Part shown: positions 51,145 through 60,627 of the stretch, in pieces
How the letters are laid out: the number at the start of each line of letters is the position of its first letter
Position numbering within the stretch: position 1 is the stretch's first letter
Origin: a virus
Taxonomy: Duplodnaviria; Caudoviricetes
IMG/VR virus record: IMGVR_UViG_3300033463_000032
Location: 1 to 64,000 of that record
Length of the DNA stretch: 64,000 nucleotides
Reading direction: 5' to 3' (one strand)
Notes under the pieces: model-generated
Told to the model about the DNA's origin: nothing
Databases searched by the model: none
The model's input: the letters and a program-made list of their open reading frames with translations, nothing else
Position numbers and translations under genes: made by a program

Positions 51145-51348
51145 ATGGCATCTATTGATTATTCTAGTGTTGCTACAGCAACTATCGTAAATAATGGTAC
51201 TGCTGATATTACGGTTCAGCTCTACAGAGTAAATCTTTGGGCAACTGTTAAGGCCGGTGATACTCTTATTTTGAAGATTTCAGAAGCAGAAGAAGCTGTT
51301 TATTACGATTCACTTAATACTGAAACTCTTTCTGTTACTATTGCTTAA
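51145..51348 (+). CDS. Putative capsid decoration protein
   Basis: Directly after MCP; paralog of the next gene. Confidence 0.6.
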   Translation: MASIDYSSVATATIVNNGTADITVQLYRVNLWATVKAGDTLILKISEAEEAVYYDSLNTETLSVTIA

Positions 51349-51366
51349 TAGAAAGGGGACCCAGAT

Positions 51367-51753
51367 ATGGCAGTAATAGACTATTCTAATGTTACAAAAG
51401 CAACTCTTACAAACATAAGTACGGCCAATGTAACGTTTCAGATGTATAGAGTAAATCTTTGGGAAACACTTATTCCCGGAGATTCTATAGTTCTTAACAT
51501 TGATACATCAGAGGAAGCAGTTTACTATGCTAGTCTTGGTGGTTATCCGTCATCTGTTACGGAAGATGTATATACACTTCTTACAGAAGAACCAGATGAC
51601 TGGTCAACCAACTATACAGACTATTATGTAAAATCCGGTGATGATTTTGTAGAGAATTCTGATTCCACTTGGGCAACTGATACTTTCTATGCAAAGTCAG
51701 AAGTAACCAAGTATGATAGCATTGGATCAGTACTTTCTGTAGAGATTGGTTAA
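51367..51753 (+). CDS. Putative decoration protein paralog with inserted module
   Basis: IDYS.V..AT..N...Q.YRVNLW...EEAVYY shared with 51145. Confidence 0.65.
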   Translation: MAVIDYSNVTKATLTNISTANVTFQMYRVNLWETLIPGDSIVLNIDTSEEAVYYASLGGYPSSVTEDVYTLLTEEPDDWSTNYTDYYVKSGDDFVENSDSTWATDTFYAKSEVTKYDSIGSVLSVEIG

Positions 51754-52057
51754 ACAAATAATCATTTAGGTTTTTGGGGCATTTCCTAAATGATTGACTC
51801 CATAGATGGTGGTTCTGGGTAGGTAGGGTGTAGTCTCTCTTGATAAGAAAAAGTTACAACAACCTCCTGTATTTTTTAAAGTCCATTTGCATCCTACCTA
51901 CCTCACTATCTAAAAGCACTCTAAATTCAATTCTAAGACACATCATAGTTTATGTATGTGCTTATATTATTTTTATAATGAAACGCATTAGAAACGAAAC
52001 TGGTGTGAAATAGACATATATTAGAGTAAATATTTAAGAAAGGAGTGATAAAAGAAA

Positions 52058-52303
52058 ATGTTTACTGATAAGTATGACTTTCGTAAGAAGAGATTAGTTG
52101 AAGTTCCTGTTGTTAAGGAAGAAAAGAAAGTTCTTAAGGAAGTCCCGGAAGTAAAAGAAGATCCTAAGAAGGAAGTTCTTGTAGAAAAGGTTGTAGAAAC
52201 AATAGAAGAACCTGTAGCAGAAACAGTAGTTGAAGAAGCTAAGGTAGAAGAAGTTGTAGAAACACCTAAGAAGAAAACTACAAAGAAAAAGAAAGTAGAG
52301 TAA
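52058..52303 (+). CDS. E/K/V-rich low-complexity protein
   Basis: AAGGAG RBS. Confidence 0.7.
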   Translation: MFTDKYDFRKKRLVEVPVVKEEKKVLKEVPEVKEDPKKEVLVEKVVETIEEPVAETVVEEAKVEEVVETPKKKTTKKKKVE

Positions 52304-52307
52304 TGAT

Positions 52308-53009
52308 ATGGCTAGAACCGGATTAAGAATGGAAGATTATGTATCTTATATTGAGATAAGTCTTGGAGCTCCGGTTGTATGGTTGGAAATACAAGACATG
52401 CTTCCTGGTATTGTTAATATGGCATTTCAGGAATTAAAAAGTTACATGGCTGACGTAGAAACAATGACGGTTCCATATCAAAATGTAATTGATCTGACAG
52501 GAAAGAAAGTAAGTCATATACACTATTTGATGAGAGCGCAGCAGAATATATCTGTAGCAGGTTTACAAGATATGATGTATATCTATACTTCAAGAAATAG
52601 ATCCAGTTTTCCGAATAACTCCTTTACTCTTGGTGATTATGCCAGAGGATTAATGGTTCAACAAAACAAACAAGCATTGTCAACGGATCTGGAATTCTAC
52701 TTTGATAAAAGAGAAGAAAAACTCTATGTTTATGCTCAACAAGTTTTACCTGCTTCTATTACGTTAGTGTATACACCTGATTATGAATCAGTAGAAGAAA
52801 TTATCGAACCATTCTGGCAGAACTTATTAAAGAGATTATCCCTTGCATTAACTAAAGAAACTTTAGGTAGAGTAAGAGGTAAGTATACTTTAAATTCTGC
52901 TACATATAACTTAGATGCAGATCAATTGCTAAGTGAGGCTCAAACAGAGCTGACAGAAATTAGAACTTATTTAAATAATAATAAGGACCTTCTGTTACCA
53001 CTTGATTAA
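52308..53009 (+). CDS. Neck/head-completion protein (gp13-like)
   Basis: LGAPVV.LE; LGRVRGKY...L.AD.LLSEA..E. Confidence 0.7.
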   Translation: MARTGLRMEDYVSYIEISLGAPVVWLEIQDMLPGIVNMAFQELKSYMADVETMTVPYQNVIDLTGKKVSHIHYLMRAQQNISVAGLQDMMYIYTSRNRSSFPNNSFTLGDYARGLMVQQNKQALSTDLEFYFDKREEKLYVYAQQVLPASITLVYTPDYESVEEIIEPFWQNLLKRLSLALTKETLGRVRGKYTLNSATYNLDADQLLSEAQTELTEIRTYLNNNKDLLLPLD

Positions 53010-53076
53010 TTAATAACATTGTCAATGATATTGAAATGTCAAAATAAAAAATATTATTAAAAGGAGATTGCTAAAA

Positions 53077-54450
53077 ATGGCAAGTATTTTTGAAAAGACA
53101 ATGAGAGCTTGTTTAGAGAGCAAGAAAACTGTAGCTCCTAAGACAGCAAACACAAACAAGAAACTTGTTGAGAAAAAGGTTGTTTCAAAGAAGATCAAGA
53201 CAGAATCAGAAGAAGATGATTTTGAAAAGTTTGATGATGTTCAAGATGATGAGACAATGGAATTTGCTGATGATATCGCAGTAGTAGTAGATCCTAATCT
53301 TGATGCTGATGAAATGACACCTGTTGCTAAGGGTTTCCAGGATATCATTGATGATACACCTGCAAATGAAATTCCTGAGACTGATGAATACATTGATCAA
53401 CAGATCTATGGTTGCCCTATTTGTGGCCAGACATTCTTTTCTGATAAGGAAATGGTTGATGGTGATACATGTCCGGTTTGTGGTGAAGAAGCAAATGGAT
53501 TTGTACTTGGTGGCATAGTTGTTGATGCTGATGAAGCTCAGGGTGAAGATACATCTGGTGAAGATAAAGATGACTTTGATTTTGATGGTGAGGAACTTGA
53601 TGATGTAGAAGTTGTTGGTGAGCCGGATGAAAAGGATTCAAAAGAAGATGATGAAGATCTTGATGAGTCCAAAAAGGCTACTAAGGTTCGTAGAGAAAGA
53701 AGAACCATTCGTAGACCTATTCGTAGAGAAGGTAGAATTGCAAGAAAGACAATGCCTAGAGTAAGAAAGGTTGCTGAATCAACTCTTAATCTTGATGAAA
53801 AGTCTTTCAATGTTTACCTTAATAGGTTCGTAAGAGAAAACTACAACAATGCTAGATCATTTAATGTAGTTAATGCTAGATTTCAACCTAAGACCAGAAT
53901 ACTTACACTTGAGGGTGTAATCACATTCAAGTCTGGTAAGAAGTCTAGAGCTAATCTTGTATGTAAGTACAATAGAGCTTCTAACATTATGATGGCTAAG
54001 GATAATGGTATTTTTAAGGTTGAATCCAAGAAAACACCGTTTATCTTTAATATCCGTACAGTAGGTAATGTCATTAAGTGTGAAGGTCTTAAGTATGACT
54101 TCAAGACTAGTGCTATTGTAGAAGGTAAGAAAACTCCTGTAAGAGTACATTCTGCTCCGCTTACTGAGGGTAGATCTGTAGTTCGTAGACCTACAACAAG
54201 AAGAACTGTTGAGGGAAGAAGAATTGCTCGTAGACCTGCCAGAAGAATGGAAGCAACAAGAAGAACTCTTGGTAGACCTGCAACTAAAATGTCTGCTGTA
54301 GAAGGTAGAAGAATTGCCAGGAAACCTTTAGCCAGAAGAACTGTAAGAACTGTAGAGGCAAAAAGGAGAGTAATTCGTAGACCGGCTACTCGTACAGTAG
54401 AGGCTAGAAGAAGTATTCGTAGACCTTCTGATCGTAGAAACATAAGATAA
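53077..54450 (+). CDS. Putative core protein: acidic/Zn-ribbon N-half, Arg-rich repeat C-terminus
   Basis: CPICG...CPVCG; repeats (VE)(G/A)RR..RRP..RR. Confidence 0.75.
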   Translation: MASIFEKTMRACLESKKTVAPKTANTNKKLVEKKVVSKKIKTESEEDDFEKFDDVQDDETMEFADDIAVVVDPNLDADEMTPVAKGFQDIIDDTPANEIPETDEYIDQQIYGCPICGQTFFSDKEMVDGDTCPVCGEEANGFVLGGIVVDADEAQGEDTSGEDKDDFDFDGEELDDVEVVGEPDEKDSKEDDEDLDESKKATKVRRERRTIRRPIRREGRIARKTMPRVRKVAESTLNLDEKSFNVYLNRFVRENYNNARSFNVVNARFQPKTRILTLEGVITFKSGKKSRANLVCKYNRASNIMMAKDNGIFKVESKKTPFIFNIRTVGNVIKCEGLKYDFKTSAIVEGKKTPVRVHSAPLTEGRSVVRRPTTRRTVEGRRIARRPARRMEATRRTLGRPATKMSAVEGRRIARKPLARRTVRTVEAKRRVIRRPATRTVEARRSIRRPSDRRNIR

Positions 54451-54474
54451 TATAGAATGAAGGGGAGTGATTGT

Positions 54475-55224
54475 ATGATAACAACAAAAGAACACAATCA
54501 CTCTCTTCACTATATTTCAGAATTGAATCGAAGAGAGTTGGTTTTAAAAAGTCTTAATCAATCACCTGAAAGGGTTGCCAGAAGTCAAGAGTATCACATA
54601 ACAGGAAAGATGCAGATTAATGTGGATCAGTTTATATTTACTGATAGGATTACTGTAGAGATTCCGGTTAATCAATACACTTGTACTATTGAATTCAATA
54701 ATGTAATTGAAACGATAGCTCAAATGGCTGACAGACAACACAGAGGTAATGTTAATTTTGATACTGTAGAAGCAGCATTAAATAAATCATTAGATGATGA
54801 AAAAGACTTAAAAGTTAATTGCACATGTCCTGACTTCTATTATAGATTCTCTTATGTGGCTACTAAAAATGGCTATAAGAATGGTAAGAAACAAAGGAGA
54901 CCAGCACCTATAAGAAACCCTAAAGATAATAAGGGTTCATTCTGTAAGCATTTGTTAATGATCTTAAAGAATAAAAAGTGGGTAAGAAAACTGGCATCTG
55001 TAGTGAATTACCTGATTAAAGAATATTACTATGATATTCTTCAAATCTATGAATTAGATGCATCTAACTTTTACATTAATCGTAGTGGACAACACAATGA
55101 TCCGGTACATGGAACAAGACCACAACCAGGTAGAAGTAAACTTAACAAGAATAAATTTGTTAATAACAATGATGAAGAAAATGATATAGATAATGAAGAA
55201 GAATTAGAGTTGAGAATAGATTAA
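54475..55224 (+). CDS. SWIM-type Zn-finger protein
   Basis: VNCTCPDF...GSFCKHL. Confidence 0.7.
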   Translation: MITTKEHNHSLHYISELNRRELVLKSLNQSPERVARSQEYHITGKMQINVDQFIFTDRITVEIPVNQYTCTIEFNNVIETIAQMADRQHRGNVNFDTVEAALNKSLDDEKDLKVNCTCPDFYYRFSYVATKNGYKNGKKQRRPAPIRNPKDNKGSFCKHLLMILKNKKWVRKLASVVNYLIKEYYYDILQIYELDASNFYINRSGQHNDPVHGTRPQPGRSKLNKNKFVNNNDEENDIDNEEELELRID

Positions 55225-55290
55225 AGAGTTTGGGTTTGATAGCAGAATAATAGCAGTATCTTGGAGTGAAGAAAGTGAGGTGATGGTTTG

Positions 55291-55839
55291 ATGGGATATT
55301 TAACTGAAAGAGACGTAACATTATATAGAAGTTGGTTCAAGGAAATGTCTCGTCTTTAGGTGCTTCGTGGAATACCTGTTCTTTATCAATATCCTATTGA
55401 ACTTGATCCAACCATTCATTCAGAAATGCTTACAGAATTATCTGAACCAATGGAAATGGATATTATCTTTGATAGTAATCCTAAGACTTCCACATTAAAG
55501 AAGTTACACTGGGTAAGTGAATTTCCGGATGATAAACCATATATTGCTATATTACCATTTGATGCACCTAATCTTTGTACTGAATGTGTACTGTCAATTA
55601 AACCAATTGATTCATTAAATAATCAGTACAGAAAGTTTAAGATAACATCAATAAATACTATTTTGGAATATCCTGATAGTTGGACCTGTGTTATAGCACC
55701 TATCTTTGAAACTTTGGATAATACACCTAAGAATGACTATTCTGATAGTAACTTCAATTACATAGATGAAAGTAAGACTACTAATCCAGATGAGTATTCT
55801 TACATTAATCCTAAAAAGAGTACAACCAATGGAAATTAA
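55291..55839 (+). CDS. Putative neck/head-closure protein with in-frame TAG at codon 23
   Basis: Strong GAGGTG RBS before ATG 55291; TAG at 55357 then open frame. Confidence 0.6.
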
Positions 55840-56284
55840 TTTTACATTAGATGAAGAAGAACTTTATGATAAAGACTTACTTGCTAAGTTTTGTGATAAG
55901 GTTGTAGAAAGCTTAAGAACGGATATAAAGAATGGTTTAATTCCTACTAAATATCCGTTACTTGAAGAAGGTTTATTAAATGCTACATGGATAACATGGA
56001 CTGATAAACCTAAAACAATCAATGTAGAAAGTGTAATTGATAAGATCTTAGAATGTATTACTTGGAGACAAAGAAGATTAACATATCAGATATATATAAG
56101 AACTGATGTGATGCTTCCATATACAGTTAATACTACTTTAGAAAGTGTTGCTAGGTTTATTGATAAAGGAAACAATGTAACCAAGTATTCAACTTTATTG
56201 AGTAGAGAATTTAACAGATATGAAAAGAATATGGAAGATTATTGGAAAACATATAAGGAATTCGGTTACATCTTAGATGTATGA
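55829..56284 (+). CDS. Hypothetical virion protein
   Basis: Position in the neck/tail cluster. Confidence 0.6.
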   Translation: MEINFTLDEEELYDKDLLAKFCDKVVESLRTDIKNGLIPTKYPLLEEGLLNATWITWTDKPKTINVESVIDKILECITWRQRRLTYQIYIRTDVMLPYTVNTTLESVARFIDKGNNVTKYSTLLSREFNRYEKNMEDYWKTYKEFGYILDV

Positions 56285-56301
56285 CAGAAAGGAAAAGATA
56301 A

Positions 56302-56898
56302 ATGTTTTATTTGTATGATACAGCATTAGTAAATGATCTAAGAAGTATCTTTTCTGATGGTAGAATATTTATCTGTCCTCCGGATAGGGTATTTGCTACT
56401 ATAGGCAGACTTAATGAAGATGATGTTAAGATGCCTATGATATCAGTCTTAAGAACCGGGACTTCTTTAGGTAATTCACAACACCCTATGAGGTTTACTG
56501 GTGAACTCTTATCTATAGATCCGGAAACTAATGTCAATGTAAAAGTACAGGCAATTCCGATTACTATTAATTGGCAGATAGATGTGTGGTCTAAACATAG
56601 AGAAGAAAATGACAATATAGTAAGAGAATTAATTTTCTACTATATGACACACCCTACTTTGTTAGTCGATATTCCTTATGGAACTAATCTAAAGCATAAC
56701 TTCAACATATTCTTTGACAGTAACATTGAAGATAATTCTGATATATCAGATCATGTTAATAGGGGTGAATACTTTAGACAAACATTATCAGTTTATTCTG
56801 ATGATGCTTATCTTTGGAAGAGTATGGCGAATAAACCTACATACTTTGGTGGTGTTGATCTTTATATTAAGGATGGTGATAAATACGTTCAGGATTAA
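56302..56898 (+). CDS. Tail terminator/completion protein (gp15-like)
   Basis: MPMISVLR...AIPITINWQIDVW; precedes sheath. Confidence 0.65.
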   Translation: MFYLYDTALVNDLRSIFSDGRIFICPPDRVFATIGRLNEDDVKMPMISVLRTGTSLGNSQHPMRFTGELLSIDPETNVNVKVQAIPITINWQIDVWSKHREENDNIVRELIFYYMTHPTLLVDIPYGTNLKHNFNIFFDSNIEDNSDISDHVNRGEYFRQTLSVYSDDAYLWKSMANKPTYFGGVDLYIKDGDKYVQD

Positions 56899-57142
56899 AA
56901 ATCTAACTAATGGTTATATTCCATTTAAGGGATTTTCTTTAAAGGCTAAAGAAGTGAAAAACATAGATTCTGGTTTGTTTGAAACTAATAAATCTATGAT
57001 CCTATCTTTAGAACGTGAAAGAAAGATTTCCTTTAATATTGTAAAGATACAGGTTGTTGAACAACCTATTGAACAAGAAGTAACTCCCTCTACTTCTTCA
57101 AATAAAAGAGGAAGAAAATCTAAATCTAAAAAAGGAGATTAA
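56873..57142 (+). CDS. Small basic protein preceding sheath
   Basis: ORF track, probable start at 56873. Confidence 0.55.
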   Translation: MVINTFRIKNLTNGYIPFKGFSLKAKEVKNIDSGLFETNKSMILSLERERKISFNIVKIQVVEQPIEQEVTPSTSSNKRGRKSKSKKGD

Positions 57143-57146
57143 GTAA

Positions 57147-58820
57147 ATGCCGAGAGTCATTATAAATGAAATTGACAGAACTCAGTACAATGTTACTACA
57201 AATGAGTCAGACAATATTGTTTATGTACCAGGTGCTGCTATTACAGGACCGGTAGATCAGGCTTATCTTTGCAGAAGTCTTACAGAGTTTCAAGCAATGT
57301 TTGGTGGTTACAGTCCAAACTATGAAGAAACTACAATGAGTGCTTGGGAGTATGCTTGCAATCTGTTACTTAATGGTTTTCCTGTATTATTCAGAAGAAT
57401 CGTTGGTACATACGATAGTGAAACTGATGATTATGATCTTTCACATAAAGCATCTGTTGTCTTTGCTGACAATTCCACTCCTGCGGTAACACAGTTTACA
57501 GTAACGGCAATTGAAACAGGTTCTACTGGTAATGATGTTGTTATCACTATGGTTAAGCCTACTTATACTATTGAATCTGATGCAGTAACAGTAGCAGGTG
57601 AGATTGGTATTAAGATTAATGGTGTTGGTGAACCTCTTTCTATCACAGTAGGAATGACAACAACAGAAGTTGATGAAGCTTTTAAGGCCTATCTTGACGG
57701 TATTGAAAGTGATCTTGTTAAGATCGTTACCGAAACTTCTTTTGCTATCAATAGTGACTGGTTCTCTACTGGTACAGAACCTGATAAGACATATCCGCTT
57801 ACTGGTGGTGTAGATCCTACAGAACCGGAAATTATGACTTGGTTAGGTAGTAATGCAGAAGATGTTTTCAAGGAACTTAGAGATAAGGATATCCATGATG
57901 TTAAATTCCTTACTCTTGGTGGTAAGTATGCAAGTACTACAGATGCAGAAACAGAGGCTACTGATAAACTTGCTATTACAGAATTGGTAAAGATTGCTGC
58001 AGTTTATAGAAGGGATTGTCTTGTACTTCCTGATGTTCCGTATACTTTAGATGGTGATGAAATAGTAAATCCTTCTACTAAGGAAACATATTTTGATTCC
58101 ATTATGGAACAGTTTGATACAGAAGGTGCTGGATCTTCTTATGCTACTTCTGTAGCACCTTGGCTCTATCTTAGAGTTCCGCTTATTACAGTATCTGCAT
58201 CAAGAAATACTGCTGGTGAGAAGTTAGTTCCTAGTTCATTTATCTGGTTGTATGAACTTGCTAAGTCATTAAAGAATGGTAATCCTATTTGGTTAGCACC
58301 TGCCGGTGTAAACAGAGCGTCTGTACCGGAAGCTATCAAGGCTTACTTTGAAGTAGGTTCTATTATGGCAGAAGAATGGCAGACAGCACCTAGATATATC
58401 AATCCTATTCGTAAGATCAGAAACTATGGTTATGTTATCTTTGGCCAGAAAACTCTTTATAAGGTTGATGGTACAACAGATAGAAGAAGTGCTTTCCAGG
58501 ATCTTTCAGTTCGTATTACAGCAAATGAGATTAAGAGAAAGATTCGTGATATTTCCATATCACTTACTTTTGAAAACAACAATCTTAAGACTTGGAATGA
58601 GTTTAGAGCTCAATTAGATCCTTATCTTACATCTATTGCTGCTGATGGTGCTTTAGAGAACTATAAGATCATAATGGATTCAACAACTACAACAGATGAA
58701 GATATTAATAACAATACCATTAGAGGTACTATTATTGTTCAGTTAGCTAGAGCAGCAGAAAACTTTAATATTGACTTCATTGTTACTAATAGTTCTGCTG
58801 AATTTGAAGAGTCATACTAA
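57147..58820 (+). CDS. Tail sheath protein
   Basis: MPRV.INEID, W.APAGVNR, INPIR...GQKTL, FE.N...TW. Confidence 0.93.
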   Translation: MPRVIINEIDRTQYNVTTNESDNIVYVPGAAITGPVDQAYLCRSLTEFQAMFGGYSPNYEETTMSAWEYACNLLLNGFPVLFRRIVGTYDSETDDYDLSHKASVVFADNSTPAVTQFTVTAIETGSTGNDVVITMVKPTYTIESDAVTVAGEIGIKINGVGEPLSITVGMTTTEVDEAFKAYLDGIESDLVKIVTETSFAINSDWFSTGTEPDKTYPLTGGVDPTEPEIMTWLGSNAEDVFKELRDKDIHDVKFLTLGGKYASTTDAETEATDKLAITELVKIAAVYRRDCLVLPDVPYTLDGDEIVNPSTKETYFDSIMEQFDTEGAGSSYATSVAPWLYLRVPLITVSASRNTAGEKLVPSSFIWLYELAKSLKNGNPIWLAPAGVNRASVPEAIKAYFEVGSIMAEEWQTAPRYINPIRKIRNYGYVIFGQKTLYKVDGTTDRRSAFQDLSVRITANEIKRKIRDISISLTFENNNLKTWNEFRAQLDPYLTSIAADGALENYKIIMDSTTTTDEDINNNTIRGTIIVQLARAAENFNIDFIVTNSSAEFEESY

Positions 58821-58839
58821 TAGAAAGGAGTGAATACTA

Positions 58840-59448
58840 ATGGCTGATTATTCTTTAAACTATAATCTTGGTACTTACCATATGGTAGGTAAAGACTCCT
58901 TTGAGCCACAAAGAACCAATAACTTTGAACTCCAGATTACCGGACTTCAAGATTATTATGAGTTTGATTCCAATGATAAGGGTATTGGTAAGAATAAACT
59001 TGCATCTAATGTAGGAAATCTTCTTACTCTTTCAGTATCAGACTTTACAGCACCTAATATTGAAATGTCTAATATTGAAGTTCCTTATGCAAACAACAAA
59101 GTAAAGTATGCTGGTGTTCCTAACTTTGGTGGTGGTAATATTACATTCAATGACTTTCTTGGAATTGATACAGAAAAGATCTTATCTTCTTGGTTTAAGG
59201 AAGTTTATAATGTAAGATCTCAAAAAGTAGGTAGGGCATCCAGATATAAGAGAACGGCATATCTTATTGAGTATGATCCTTCCGGTGAATCTGCAAGAGT
59301 TTGGCAGTTAAACGGTTGCTGGATTTCTTCTCTTGATCTTGGTCAGTTTGCTCAGGGTACCAATGATGTAAGAAAGATTTCTTGTTCTTTCACATATGAT
59401 AACTGTTATCCTACAGATATGTTTAACAACACATACAAAAATCAATAA
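58840..59448 (+). CDS. Tail tube protein (gp19-like)
   Basis: EPQRTNNF, VKYAG, W.L.GCW...D; follows sheath. Confidence 0.88.
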   Translation: MADYSLNYNLGTYHMVGKDSFEPQRTNNFELQITGLQDYYEFDSNDKGIGKNKLASNVGNLLTLSVSDFTAPNIEMSNIEVPYANNKVKYAGVPNFGGGNITFNDFLGIDTEKILSSWFKEVYNVRSQKVGRASRYKRTAYLIEYDPSGESARVWQLNGCWISSLDLGQFAQGTNDVRKISCSFTYDNCYPTDMFNNTYKNQ

Positions 59449-59540
59449 TTATGTTTTATAATGAAAAGGTAGTACTCGTTTAGGGTACTACCTATCATTA
59501 TATTTATCATCATCTATATTTTATTTAGGAGGAAATCAAA

Positions 59541-60296
59541 ATGTCTGAAAGAGTTGCTTATGAAGAAACTTATCAAATCCCCGGATATGCTCTTTATGAT
59601 CCTAAGATTGTGGCCAGAGACTTTACACTTAGAGCAATGACTACTAAGGAAGAAAAGTTAAGAGTTTCTTCTATTGGAATGAAAACAATATCTAAGATCA
59701 TCAAGAATTGTCTGGTATCTCATCCTGATCTTGATGTAAATCAACTTAGGTTGTTTGATCTTCAATACTTGATGTATAAACTTAGAATAGTAACATATGG
59801 TAGTGATTACAATGTAAGTTTTGTATGTCCATACTGTAATAAAGTAACAACTACTACAGTAGATCTGGATAAGCTTAATGTGGTAGAAGTACCAGAAGAT
59901 TTTGAAGAACCTTTTGAAATAGGACCATTACCTATGTCAAAAGATACAATTCAATGTAGACTTCTGACTGCACAAGATGTAGAAGATATCTTTGCTGAAA
60001 GTAAAAAGAAGTTAGAGAAGTTTCCGGAAATGGAAGAAGATCCTTCATTTATTATTGAACAGCAACATAAGATCATATCAGTTAATGATCAGCAGTTAGT
60101 TCCACAGATGTTACAGAATTATATTGAAGGATTACATGCCAGAGATTTCCAATACTTTAGTTCAAAGTACGAAGAAAAGTCAGAAGGTTTTGGAATAGAT
60201 AAGAATGTAACATGTACTTGTAAGCATTGTAAGAAAGAGTTCACAAGAGAACTTCCAATGACAGAAGAGTTTTTTCGACCATCCTACCATGACTGA
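59541..60296 (+). CDS. Baseplate hub assembly protein (gp26-like)
   Basis: LRAMTTKEEK, D.QYL...LR..TYG, CPYC, C..C, FFRP. Confidence 0.8.
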   Translation: MSERVAYEETYQIPGYALYDPKIVARDFTLRAMTTKEEKLRVSSIGMKTISKIIKNCLVSHPDLDVNQLRLFDLQYLMYKLRIVTYGSDYNVSFVCPYCNKVTTTTVDLDKLNVVEVPEDFEEPFEIGPLPMSKDTIQCRLLTAQDVEDIFAESKKKLEKFPEMEEDPSFIIEQQHKIISVNDQQLVPQMLQNYIEGLHARDFQYFSSKYEEKSEGFGIDKNVTCTCKHCKKEFTRELPMTEEFFRPSYHD

Positions 60297-60483
60297 TGAA
60301 GGTAGGTTGAGTACTCAAATCTTTTATGACAATGTAGTAAAACAACAAGTGCAGATCAGTTATTATTGTAACGGTATCACATTATCTGATACTGATGAAA
60401 TCAGTCCTTATGATAGAAATCTGATCTATAAAACAATAACGGAGATCAAAAAACAAGAAGCAGATTTAATGAAGGCTAAATAA
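60289..60483 (+). CDS. Baseplate hub chaperone (gp51-like)
   Basis: Size, position, ITLSD...I.PYDR. Confidence 0.55.
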   Translation: MTDEGRLSTQIFYDNVVKQQVQISYYCNGITLSDTDEISPYDRNLIYKTITEIKKQEADLMKAK

Positions 60484-60627
60484 AAGGAGAGGGTTCTGAT
60501 TGGTAAAAGGTCTAAAAAGCACCAAATACCTCTCAGAACTCTTTTGTTTAATTCAGAATGAAATTATACTAAGAAACATTTGAAGTGTCTTAGAATTGAT
60601 TCTAGATAGGTTATAGGAGAAGTTACA

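Noticed and set aside
53883-54497. Minus-strand ORFs (this 204 aa one and the other tracked minus ORFs)
   Set aside because: Shadows of + strand genes or tRNAs, without recognisable motifs
60262-60296. Programmed frameshift at TTTTTTC joining the two baseplate chaperone ORFs
   Set aside because: The -1 frame hits a stop; the downstream ORF is in +1 and has an ordinary overlapping start
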